From assembly GCA_973895155.1 (NCBI GenBank), contig OZ316894.1:5170944-5234943 (forward strand): a stretch of 64,000 bases of DNA. The letters run 5' to 3'. Source of the stretch: Marsupella aquatica (taxonomy: Eukaryota; Plantae; Marchantiophyta). Below, piece after piece: positions 50,857 through 61,626 of this stretch. The notes under the pieces are model-generated. The model was not told the DNA's origin, made no database searches, and saw only the letters and a program-made list of their open reading frames with translations. The position numbers and the translations under genes are program-made. Within the stretch, counting starts at the first letter, position 1; each line of letters starts with the position of its first letter.

Positions 50857-52194
50857 TTATTGGTAAGTGGTGCATAAACTCAACTCTATGCACTTATTGT
50901 TTACTAGTCCATACCAAGGATAAGTGCAGGCTTGGGGCCTCTCCCCAATTATGTGTATTCTCCCAAGGCATGGCCTGTTTACAAAATGACATTGAGGCAG
51001 GAATGAGCTAGGTCTGGCCATTGGATGAAGGGTGCCTTTTTGTAGATCCCTCCATTGCATTTCCAAAGGGCAGCCAAGAAAGATCTGGAAACCCTTGAAA
51101 ATGCACAAGAAATCTAGCTTGTTAGACCCAAAAGATCAGTGCATGCAATTGGCAAGAGGCAGTGGTGAATGGTGGGCAAGAGCCACCACGCACAAGTCAT
51201 CAAATCTCCAATTTCAACGGATGAAATTAAGTTGAACCGGTGACAGTGTGTACTACAAGCCGACAGTAGTTTAAGGTTGCAAGGGTGTTTCTTCCTGGGG
51301 TTTTATAGTGAAGTTTCTATGATAATATACATAAACCTCCTTTGTTGCGTCAAATGAGTGAGTTTGGGTTTTTAGGTACACCTTTTGAGAAATTTTGGCT
51401 GCAGCTTCATCATTTTAATCTGAATGGGCTGAAAGTTTTGGTGTTGGTGTCAATACGGGGACATTCACTGCCATTGTTTTGGAAAAAATGAAACTCCCAG
51501 AATTTTCTGACTAGCAACACCAAACCAATCAGATAAAGGAACTCCAAAAGAGTGTTAAAATGCCTCTATAAATGCTATCCTTAATACAGACAGGCAGGGC
51601 CACAAAGGAGAGGGGAAACTTCCCATACTCCACATCAGAAAACACCATGAGGGTGGGGACAGGAGAAAGATTGGCAGGAAGGAAGGGTGGGGAAAGGGTG
51701 AGGGGAGGGTCTCATTGTTTCAACACTCTCAACAACTTACCACTTGACAACACTTCTTTGCTCCATCTCAAGATTTTCTATGCGACACGCAGACATAGAA
51801 CTAGTGACAACAAAAAAGAAAAGAAAAAATAATTTAAAAAAAAAATAGAACTAGTGACAACAAATTATGTACTATATGTGCAAACCAAGATGGCACTAAA
51901 TTAAAGAAATAGGCTATTGCCAGAGTGGCTACCTCCCTCATTCACGAGATGTACTTGATGGACCCCTACAATAAGAAGATTAATCGATGAACCCCATGCA
52001 TGATCCAGACCCTTGATGGTCCTTAAATCAATGGACCCAGAACTCACCTAAATTGAAAAACTCATGCGGTACATGAAGCAACATTCCACTCATTCTTCTC
52101 CTCTCCCTTATCCATTTTGCTCCACAATTTCAAGAAAAGGGCACTATTTATGGTGAAACCCGGTGGATCAGGTTTTGTCATAGTTGGAGGTGGT

Positions 52195-52480
52195 TTAAAG
52201 TAATTTGGGAGAGAAATTAATATACCCAATAGACACCTAATTTGAAAAATGTTGCTCTATGTACCGCATGAGTTTTTGGGGAAGCGGAATGACCATAAAT
52301 ATATTCTAATGGACACCTAAATTGAAAAAATATACTTCGATGAACACCCTTCTATATGGCTAGTGGCCGTTTCAGAAAAAAAACAGCAACCAACACTTTT
52401 CAATTTAGGTGTTCATGGAGTATATGTTTTTCAATTTACAGTAGGTGTCCATCGAGAATATTTTTCTCCCCAATTCCTTA
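52195..52480. mobile_element. Degenerate MITE-like inverted-repeat element
   Basis: Imperfect terminal inverted similarity (ttaaagtaatttgggagagaaa / tttttctccccaattccttaa) and repeated cacctaaattgaaaaa motifs in both orientations. Confidence 0.4.
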
Positions 52481-53775
52481 ATCAGAACCAAATGGGCCTG
52501 ACTTAGAGACACGCCTGCACCTGTCCCTGTGCTTTACCAGTACCTTATCTGGGCGCCGCGTTGCAATGCAGTCATTACCGTTTGTTCTTCAAAAGCTATT
52601 TGATTCCTTTCCTCAGTCTTTCCTTTCCTTACTGTTCTTCTCTCACTGCTCTCGTCCAAAGCTTTATCCTTTGCAGAAGGTCGCGAAGGTCAGCCCTGCA
52701 GAGTCCAAACAGTCGACTGCCATGTCGGTTCAGGTTCAGGTTCATGTCCTTCCCAAGCTGCCACGGCACTCAAGAATGAGAAGCATGTCTTTGTGATGCA
52801 GTTCAATTCGCTACGGCTCGGAAATGAGCCGCATCGCCATGGGATGCTCCTCATTTCTACCTTTCATGTGTTGAGGTCTCGGCTTAAGTGCGGACTCGTC
52901 TTTCGGCTGCTCTTTCTTCCTCTACTGTTGGCATGTGTGTTGTCCGTGTGAGGATAGCTTGCTACATGCGAGCGAGATCCTAGGTTCCATTCTTTTCGAT
53001 TCCCTATCGGCGCAATATGGGTTTGATTTCCAGCATCTTATAGTTAGCTATGTGTGAGCGAGATGCTAGGGTTTTGGAAAGCTCGGACCTGATCGGCACT
53101 GCCATTGTCGAGACTTGTGCATTGTTGCAGTAGGGGTTCAGCTTTAGAGGCAGGGTTGATATTTGTGGCAGGGATGATGATCTCGATTAGATGTATGAGG
53201 CAGCTTGCTGCCTTTGATTTGAAACATTAACGAGGCATATCCATTCTATGGCTGAATTGTCCTTCGCTAGTTTTAGTTTCAGTTTTCTCTTTCACTCCCT
53301 GTGTCTGTGGCTGACCGTCAGAGGACGAGCCACCGGCTGACAAGGCAGTTGCAGAGTCTTGGGGTCCTTTGTTGCTTGGCCTGCAGCTGGGTGATGTGTT
53401 GAAGTTGATTCCAAACTTTGCTATAATATTGTTTTTGGGAGAACCGAATGAAGGCCGTAGGGGGGAGGGAGGAAAGAAACGGGAAAAGCGCATGGCGCTG
53501 CGACCACCGAGAGGCTGGAGGCCTGCAAATGAATTATCCACGCATAAGAAGACTCGTCCCTATGCATGGAGTCTTCTTGCCTCTTTCTCACCTGTCTATT
53601 GTGCGAAATCTGGAGCATAAATTCTAAGTTAGTTGTGGATGCAGATTTCCATGGCTATCGCTCTTTTGATTTGTGCTCGTTATTAGTATGCTACCTCCTT
53701 CTAGTCTCTGTTGTACCTGGTGCACCGGTTCTAATCCAAGAGCCTATCGAAAGCCGGCAGAACAAAGGTACCCAC

Positions 53776-56617
53776 TGACATCACTGGCCTTACTTTTCTA
53801 TTGGATTATATTGTGATTAACCCAGACATACCTTCTAGTTTTCCAGTACTCCTAGGCAGGCCATGGTTATATAAAGCCAAGGTAAACGTGAACTGGAAGG
53901 ATCAGGAATTATCTTTTGGAAGTCCTAAAGTGACCTTACGCTGGGTATTGACCAATATCAAGGAGAGACACAGAGTGATGACGGATATACCTCTGATTTT
54001 TCGGATTCCAATCTACTAACTACTACTCACAAATTCTCAGAGGTTAACTATCTCTCAGTATTTGAGACAGAAGAAGAAAATACTGGGTCAGTTCCAAAAT
54101 GACAATTAACCAGGGGTCGGGATCTGACAGTGACCTACTAGCCTTGGAGGGATCATGGGAGAAAACCCCTGCTAATTTAACTGATGGGATTGTTGACCCG
54201 CGGAAGTGTCAGAAGGTGGAGATTGAGCCAGGAAAGTTTTTAAATATTAGTGACCATATACAAGGGGAATTAAGAGAGAAGTATATTTCCTTGCTACAAC
54301 AATATCGAGATGTCTTTGCCTGGAGTCATACTGACCTTAAAGGTATACACCCTAAACTGGGAGAACATAGAATTGATTTGTTACCAGGGGCTATACCAAT
54401 AAGACAACGCCAGTATCGACTAAATCCAAAGTATTCCATTATGGTTAAGGAGGAGCTTGATAAGTTATTATCAGCCGGCTTCATTTATCGAGTACTCAGT
54501 AGTGAATGGGTATCACCAATTGTAATTGTTCCAAAGAAGCCTGGACCTGATGGTAAACCAAAGATCAGAGTATGTCAGGATTTCAGAAAACTTAATGACG
54601 CCACCCAGAAGGATCATTACCCTTTACCTTTCATTGATATGGTATTGGATATGGTGGCTCTTCATGAACTTTACAGCTTTTTAGACGGCTACTCGGGTTA
54701 TAATCAAGTATCCATAAGGGAAGAGGACCAAGATAAAACAACCTTTACCACAGATTGGGGAACTTATGCATTTTGGGTGATGCCATTTTGGGTAATGCAC
54801 CAGGCACCTTTCAAAGAATCATGATGATTATTTTCCAGGATTTTCTCAGAATGTTTTTAGAAATATTCATAGATGATTTCTGCGTTTATGGAGCTGCAAA
54901 ACTTCATTTACATCATCTTGAGCAAACTTTTCAGCGATGTCGAGAGTCCCAGCTATGCCTTTACCCAGATAAATGCTTTATCAGAATGAAGGAAGGAATT
55001 CTTCTAGGTCATGTCATATCACAAAGAGGAATTGAGGTGGATACTGAAAAGGTTCGCATTATTCAAGCCTTACAACCTCCAAGTATTTTGAAAGAGCTTC
55101 GGGCATTCCTCGGATATGTTGGGTATTATAGACGCTTCATTCATAAATATGCTGAGTTAGCCATGAACCTCACCCAGCTATTAAAAAAGGACATAGATTA
55201 TATGTGGACTGAGGATCGTCAGCTAGCTTTCGATGCCTTGAAAAGCAAACTGACCTCTGCCCCCATACTTCAGCCACCAAATTGGGAAAAACCCTTTCAT
55301 GTATATATAGATGCGTCTGCTTTTTGTGTTGGAGCAGCCTTAAGTCAGCTTGACGAAAATAAAAAGGACCACCCTATTTCTTATGCCAGTCGACAAATGA
55401 ACTCTGCTGAGAAGAACTATACAGTCACTGAGAGAGAAGCCTTGGCGGTAATATTTTCTTGTAAGAAATTCAGGCACTATTTGTTGGGCTATAAGACCAT
55501 TTTTCATACAGATCATTCTTCTCTTAAATACTTAGTCAATCAGGCGGATTTAAGTGGCAGGATAGCAAGGTGGGTACTACTTCTGCAAGAATTTGATTAC
55601 GAGGTTGAAGTTGAGCTGGTAAGCATCATGATAATGCTGACTTCCTCTCTCGCTTACCTGGTCAAGAGAGTGCAGAACCTCTAGAAGATAATTTCCCTGA
55701 TGAGCATATCTGGCATATTGAAGGAGAGGAATCTAAATATTATGATATAGTTCAAATGCTCGCTCATGGAACTTATCCACCTGGACTTACTGTTGAAGAG
55801 AAATCAGTATTTATGCATAAAGTTGGTCCTTATACTTTAGTTAAAGGAGTTCTATTTAAATTACTGCCCAACCAAAAGTTGCACCGGTGTTTGGAAAACC
55901 GAGAGATATCCCGAGTAATTCCTGCTATGCACACAGAGCAAAGTGGAGGGCATTTTGCGGTTAATACCACTGTTGAAAAAATCAAAGATGCCGGTTATTG
56001 GTGGCCGACGATGCACAAGGATACTTATCAGTTCATTAAAAGTTGTGATCCCTGCCAACGGATAGGAAAACCAACTGCATCCTCCAAATGGCCTTTGACT
56101 CCAATATTACCACTTGCCCCCTTTGAGAATGGGGTATAGACTTTATTGGACCCATAACTCCTGCAGCTAGATATAGCAGAAGTTGGTATATTATTTTAGC
56201 AACGGACTATGCCACAAAATGGGTTGAAGCTAAGCATACTAGACTGAACAACAAAGATACTGCAGCTACCTTCCTATTTGACCACATTATTATCTGATTT
56301 GGTTGCCCTTTGGAGCTGGTGAGTGATAGGGGCTTACATTTCTTGAATAAAACTATTGAGCTTATTACTTCCAAGTATCTTATTAAACATCGAAAGACCA
56401 CACCATACAACCCCCGAGCCAATGGATTAACAGAGAGAGCCAACGGCATAATGGGTAAGATTTTAAATAAAATGGTCTCTGCTCACAAGGTTGATTGGGA
56501 TACCAAGTTAGCCTCAGCATTGTGGGCATACCAAACAGCAGAAAAGATAACCACCAAGAAAACTCCATTTTTTCTTACATATGGATTAGATAGTATTGTC
56601 CCAGTTGAATTTGAGAT
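53776..56617 (+). pseudogene. Ty3/Gypsy pol fragment (protease tail, RT, RNase H, integrase)
   Basis: LLGRPWL, WVSPIVIVPKK, FLDGYSGYNQ, FIDDF, DASAFCVGAAL, GGHF...GYWWP...CDPCQ, SDRGLHF, NGLTER, ALWAY; several frameshifts. Confidence 0.95.
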
Positions 56618-58656
56618 TCAGTCGCGAATACAACTTTCACCTACTCGTAATTGCTCCGGCGTTGCCTAACTCCAGCATTGAGCCCCTCTTAGATTTGCTA
56701 CCATCATGGCCATTAGGGATGCGACTAACAAAGAGGAGGCTAGTAAGAGCAAGGACAAGACTTGAGAAAAGCGCGCTCCAATTTAACTCTATTGGGCCCG
56801 TTGCCGATCACGGAAAAATGAACTATTTTTCCAACGGATCACCATAGGGGCCCAAGAAGCCCCACATGAGCCTGATCATGGGGCCGCATATTTCTCGGCC
56901 AACGGACCCAGGGGCCAAAAGTTATGGTCGACTCAAGCCGCATACTTGTAGTTTGGGCCCGTTGCCGATCACGGAAAAATGAACTATTTTTCCGACGGAT
57001 CATCATAGGGGCCCAAGAAGCCCCACATGAGCCCGATCATGGGGCCGCATATTTCTCGGCCAATGAACCCAGGGGCCAAAAGTTATGGCCGATTCAAGTT
57101 GCATACTTGTAGTTTGGGCCCGTTGCCGATCACGGAAAAATGAACTATTTTTCTGACAGGTCACCATAAAGGCCCGAGAAGCCCCACATGAGCCCGATCA
57201 TGGGGCCGCATATTTCTCGGCCAATGGACCCAGGGGCCAAAAGTTATGGCCGATTCAAGTTGCATGCTTGTAGTTTGGGCCCATTGCCGATCACGGAAAA
57301 ATGAACTATTTTTCCGACGGATCACCGTAGGGTCCAGAGAAGCCCCACATGAGCCCGATCATGGGGCCACATATTTCTCGACCAATGGACCCAGGGGCCA
57401 AAAGTTATGGCCGATTCAAGTTGCATGCTTGTAGTTTGGGCCCATTGCCGATCACGGAAAAATGAACTATTTTTCCGACGGATCACCATAGGGGCCCAAG
57501 AAGCCCCACATGAGCCCGATCATGGGGCCGCGTATTTTTTGGCCAACGGACCTAAGGGCCAAAAGTTATGGCCGATTTAGACTCGATTAGAGTCGCCGCG
57601 CATCGATGGACCAAGAAGGGGTTGCCTGGACCACGGGGGGTTGCCTGGACCAGAGCGGGTTTAGGGCTGTAACTTTTAGCCCCTTATGCCACAATTTATG
57701 CTCGAGGCCAAGTTACGAAAGGTTTCCGATTATCTTCGTTTCGAGCTAAGTGGCGGGGCCCACGGACCCTCGGGTAGGGGGCCAAAAATAGGGGACCAAA
57801 GCTGGTCCGAGGGTGGCAGGTCCCCAGAAGCATATATGAGGGGAGTGGTCCTCTCAAGTTTGAGCTCGAGCTGATCGCGATCGACGAAGATACGTCGTTT
57901 CGAGTTTTGAAGCGGAAACAAACATAACTCGACGACCGGATCTCCGTTGGGGGAGTTCTTGGGATCGTTGGAAAGCTAATGAAGAAAGATACCTCATGGT
58001 GCTCTCTGATTGTGCATTGGATGGTTTTGGTTTTGAGGCTTGTAATGGGGGGAGTCCCTCTTGCCGATCCGAAGTCGAACAGTGACCAAACCGCATTTGG
58101 TTCCCACGGGGACCTGATGTTGGAGAGGTAGAACCAAGTAGACTCTGGGGGCTGCCGTTGAGATCTGGTACCGATGCATGGTGAGAGGATGAGCGGAACC
58201 CGGTTTCGTCGAGAGGTGGCTAAGATCTAGAAACTGAATGGTCCCGGCGTGTTACTACTAGTTTGCGACAAACTGAGACTGGGCCATGGGCATGTCCTGG
58301 AGGCAGGGCGGTCAGCCATTGACGGGTAGAAAGTGGGGAAGCTTGGGCGACATCCGGTAGATAGACTGTTCTGGACGAACAGTGATGTCGACCTTAGTTT
58401 CAGCTTATGGCAAGGCCATGCGGGCCTGGGAGGCTCTATCCGCTGACCTACTTACTAACGACTGTTGAGCTTGAGGCAAGACAATGGTCTTGGGAGTTCC
58501 GAGATCAAGACAAGTTCTTACCGGTTGGTTGGTTGGTTGTGCAGATAGCAAAGACCGTTGAGCGACGGTTGTGCTGACGAGGGCAAGTGCGGCTTCGTAT
58601 GGGAGGGGTCGCTAACGACAAGGGGTCGCTAACGTCGGGGAGAACTTGCCCCAACA
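56618..58656 (-). mobile_element. Probable LTR-derived insert containing the 161-bp tandem array
   Basis: Ends ...ttgccccaaca (TGTTGGGG on the minus strand, an LTR-like terminus); left terminus and TSD unresolved. Confidence 0.4.
56792..57577. repeat. Tandem repeat, 161-bp monomer, ~4.9 copies
   Basis: ttgggccc(g/a)ttgccgatcacggaaaaatg starts at 56792, 56953, 57114, 57275 and 57436. Confidence 0.95.
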
Positions 58657-58815
58657 TTCCGTGTTAGTGCAAGGTTCAACTTGTTTCAAGGCTGAGAAAC
58701 GAGTTTGGACGGGCACGTGGTGGGAGGGCCACCACTTGCTTGCCATTTCTTTCCCTGACACTCTTCCACCCAGTCAAGACAAATCATGCCAAGTCAATTT
58801 TATCCCTACCCTGCA

Positions 58816-60823
58816 TGTAATGCTGTACATTAGTTAGAAATGATGGAAATTTTATAAATTTTAAACTTTTTCTAACTCAAGGTACAATCTAGTTACCTTT
58901 TGTAGCAATTTAGATCAACTGAACACTTAACCTAATGTTATGCTTCATCGGAGGCTATTGTATTGGACAAGGATCGCCAATATAAATCCTTGTTCTTTAC
59001 ATGCTACCAAGAAAGAAGACTGGACATCATTGGAGAAGCAATGCAGACTAGAAGATTCAAGAACCGGCCTCCAAAACACTTTTTCAACAAGAATGAGCTC
59101 TGTATACAATTATCACAATCAGCCGATCTCTGCTATTTTAGTTAAATAGCTATCATGGTCAGAAAAGTTTCATACTTTTTCAGGAGGTAGTAGTTGCGTA
59201 GTAGAATCATCCCTGCAAGTTTCATCTCAAACCGACATGTGGTTTGAAAGTTAGAATTAATTTAGTTTTGTTGTTTTTCGCATAGCCGCGACTTCGCCGA
59301 CGCTTTGTGAAGCGTCCCTTGTATTTTTGGACGCTTTGAAAAGCGTCCACCCAAAGACCACGACGCTTTCTGAAGCGTCCACCACCCAACCAGTTGTACT
59401 CCGACGCTTTGCAATCCACATGAGGAGCGACGCTCACAGAAACGTCTGCTACCCCGAAGGTGACCTCGACACTGTGACGCCCACTGAAGCGTCCCGCCCG
59501 GAGCCCAGAAGACGGACGCTGCGACCAAACCTCGAAATTCAGCCGACGCTTTCTGAAGCGTCCACAAAAGTCCTTTATAGGTTTGGACGCTTTCTGAAGC
59601 GTCCACTATGTTCCCGACACTTAGAAAATTTTTCAGTTTTCGCATTTTTATAACACCGCGCCACTTTTACCGATTTATTTGAGACACTTAGTGATCTCAG
59701 AAAAGTCTGAAACTTTGCCAGCATATAGACTATATGTAGTAGAGTACCCTAGAAAAGTTTCAACTCCTTCCGCCTCTTAGTTTAGAAGTTAAAATTAGAT
59801 TAATATCACTGTTTATTAGTTTTACCGCAAACACCGACGCTTTGCAAAGCGTCCGCTCAAACCTCGACGCTTTGAGAAGCGTCCCCTGCATTTTTGACAC
59901 TTTCAGCAGTGTCCATTCACTTTTCAAGGATGATCGTTATTAAGTTTATTCAAGACCCTTTAGATATGAAAGGGCATGTCCTTTCAGTATCTCAGTCTCC
60001 TTGGGTTCCTGCTAACCTATATGAAGTAGAATTTGTGTCATTTTCATGTGTGAAGAAATAAAGTAGTGCCTGTGGCATGTGCTGCAGCACTGGAATCACC
60101 TTTGCTTGCAAATGCAAAAGGAATTCTTCTCCCTTCCTTGGTCTGAATGATTGAGAGTTTAGATCATTGAAGTAAAATTACTTGTATGAAGTTGAATCTC
60201 AGAAGTATGAGGGAATAGATTCCTTAAGTGGTGACAACCCATCTTCTTGAGTTCTTGATGCATAGTTTTTGGCGTGACATTGCTTGTGCATGGGATGCAA
60301 AGATTGTTACTCACCAATTACCTGTGACTTCAATTTGATCATGATGGTGTTTATTATTCGTGACTCAGAGTACCGACTGGATATCGAAGTGATTGATTAC
60401 TAGTTTCTTCTGAGTACCTTTGGAAGGAAAAGTTGAGACGTGTTGACGGCATTTTAGTAATCATCCTAGTACAGTAAACCATTCCAAAAATGTTCTTACG
60501 GATATACCACCCAAATCACATCAAATGAAGTATTGATGAGAAGTTACCTTGGTGTTTTCCAGACTCCCTCATCATACCTCAAGATTTCATTGTGTTTTGT
60601 TATTTGTTTCCATTTTATTAATTGCATTTATAATGTTAAGCAAACATTCAAATCTATGCCTTGCTGAGCAATCATAGTAAAAGGCTCAAACCTGTGTTTT
60701 TGTTACCTTAGTCATTCATAAGTGTTAAACGATAGAAAATCATTCCTTTCTTGTTCTTCCATGGGATCGAATACCGAGTTTTGGACATTAAATGCTGATT
60801 TATGTCCTTAGTACAATACTACA
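58816..60823 (+). mobile_element. Family C TG...CA unit (2008 bp) with TSD CTGCA
   Basis: CTGCA at 58811-58815 and 60824-60828; termini tgtaatgctgtac...gtacaatactaca. Confidence 0.9.
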
Positions 60824-61626
60824 CTGCATATCGATCCAAAAACCCCTCAGGAAGTATTAAACAGTTTGCTGAGTTTGTTAGAGTCTCAGACCTTAGATCC
60901 CCTCCTATTTTAGAGTTTTGGAAATACTACCATAAGAAGAGAGTTGAATGCCTTTATATTTTGAAACTTCATTTGCTAGAGGTCACTCGCTTGGAGATAG
61001 CAAAGATGGATGAGATCTGGACAGAAGCTGAGTATTTTCGCCCTGTTCTTGCTGTCATGATCCTCGTTGGACACCTTGTATTGGAGAATGGAGATCTGGC
61101 TCTAGCTTATTTCGGGAATCTACCTGCTTATGTCCTGGAGTTCATCATTGTCTTCTTAAGACAAACCAAGAGGAGATTTCAGATGAATCATGAAGCTTCT
61201 CCAGTCCAACCCGTTGTGCTCCAACGATTTGTTACTCCAGTCACTGAGAAGCAGAGGATCTGGAATAACATTACTTCTCAGCGATTAACAGAGTATACTC
61301 TGAAGTGGCGTGAACTCCTACCTAGAGTTACTTCATTTCTACCACTTGCCAGAGACTCCGAGATATTCATGGCCAAGTTTCCTCAAAACTACCATGCTAC
61401 TTGCTGCACTTACGACTTCATTGGTATTTACATGCAAGCTAGCAAGGTAAATACCATGCTACATCGGAGGCTACTTCCTGTACTTGATCTTGAACGACAG
61501 TGGAAGTCTCTACCTTTCTATCGGCATCACACTCAAGATATGGATGCTATTCGAGAAGCTATGCAGACCAACACCTACACCAGAGCTCAGCAACCAGATC
61601 CGACGGCACTACTCCAACAAGATTAG
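60802..61626 (+). CDS. 274-aa ORF of unknown function in unit C' (original start probably ATG 58786)
   Basis: Long open frame in AT-rich DNA; its C-terminus MLHRRLL...RQWKSL..EAMQT is homologous to decayed 58940-59149. Confidence 0.55.
   Translation: MSLVQYYTAYRSKNPSGSIKQFAEFVRVSDLRSPPILEFWKYYHKKRVECLYILKLHLLEVTRLEIAKMDEIWTEAEYFRPVLAVMILVGHLVLENGDLALAYFGNLPAYVLEFIIVFLRQTKRRFQMNHEASPVQPVVLQRFVTPVTEKQRIWNNITSQRLTEYTLKWRELLPRVTSFLPLARDSEIFMAKFPQNYHATCCTYDFIGIYMQASKVNTMLHRRLLPVLDLERQWKSLPFYRHHTQDMDAIREAMQTNTYTRAQQPDPTALLQQD

Noticed and set aside
56792-57577. CRISPR array or repeated small genes (ORFs 56924, 57246)
   Set aside because: Head-to-tail monomers with no unique spacers; the ORFs are by-products of the repeat.
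60200-60400. Possible decayed hAT dimerisation-domain sequence inside units C/C' (also ~62480-62660)
   Set aside because: Only a faint L.W*R...EF...FLA resemblance with many stops; needs a profile search to support.
20043-60823. The two inverted 2-kb copies as TIRs of one giant ~41-kb transposon carrying the NLR
   Set aside because: Each copy has its own 5-bp TSD (TACAT; CTGCA), so they are independent insertions.
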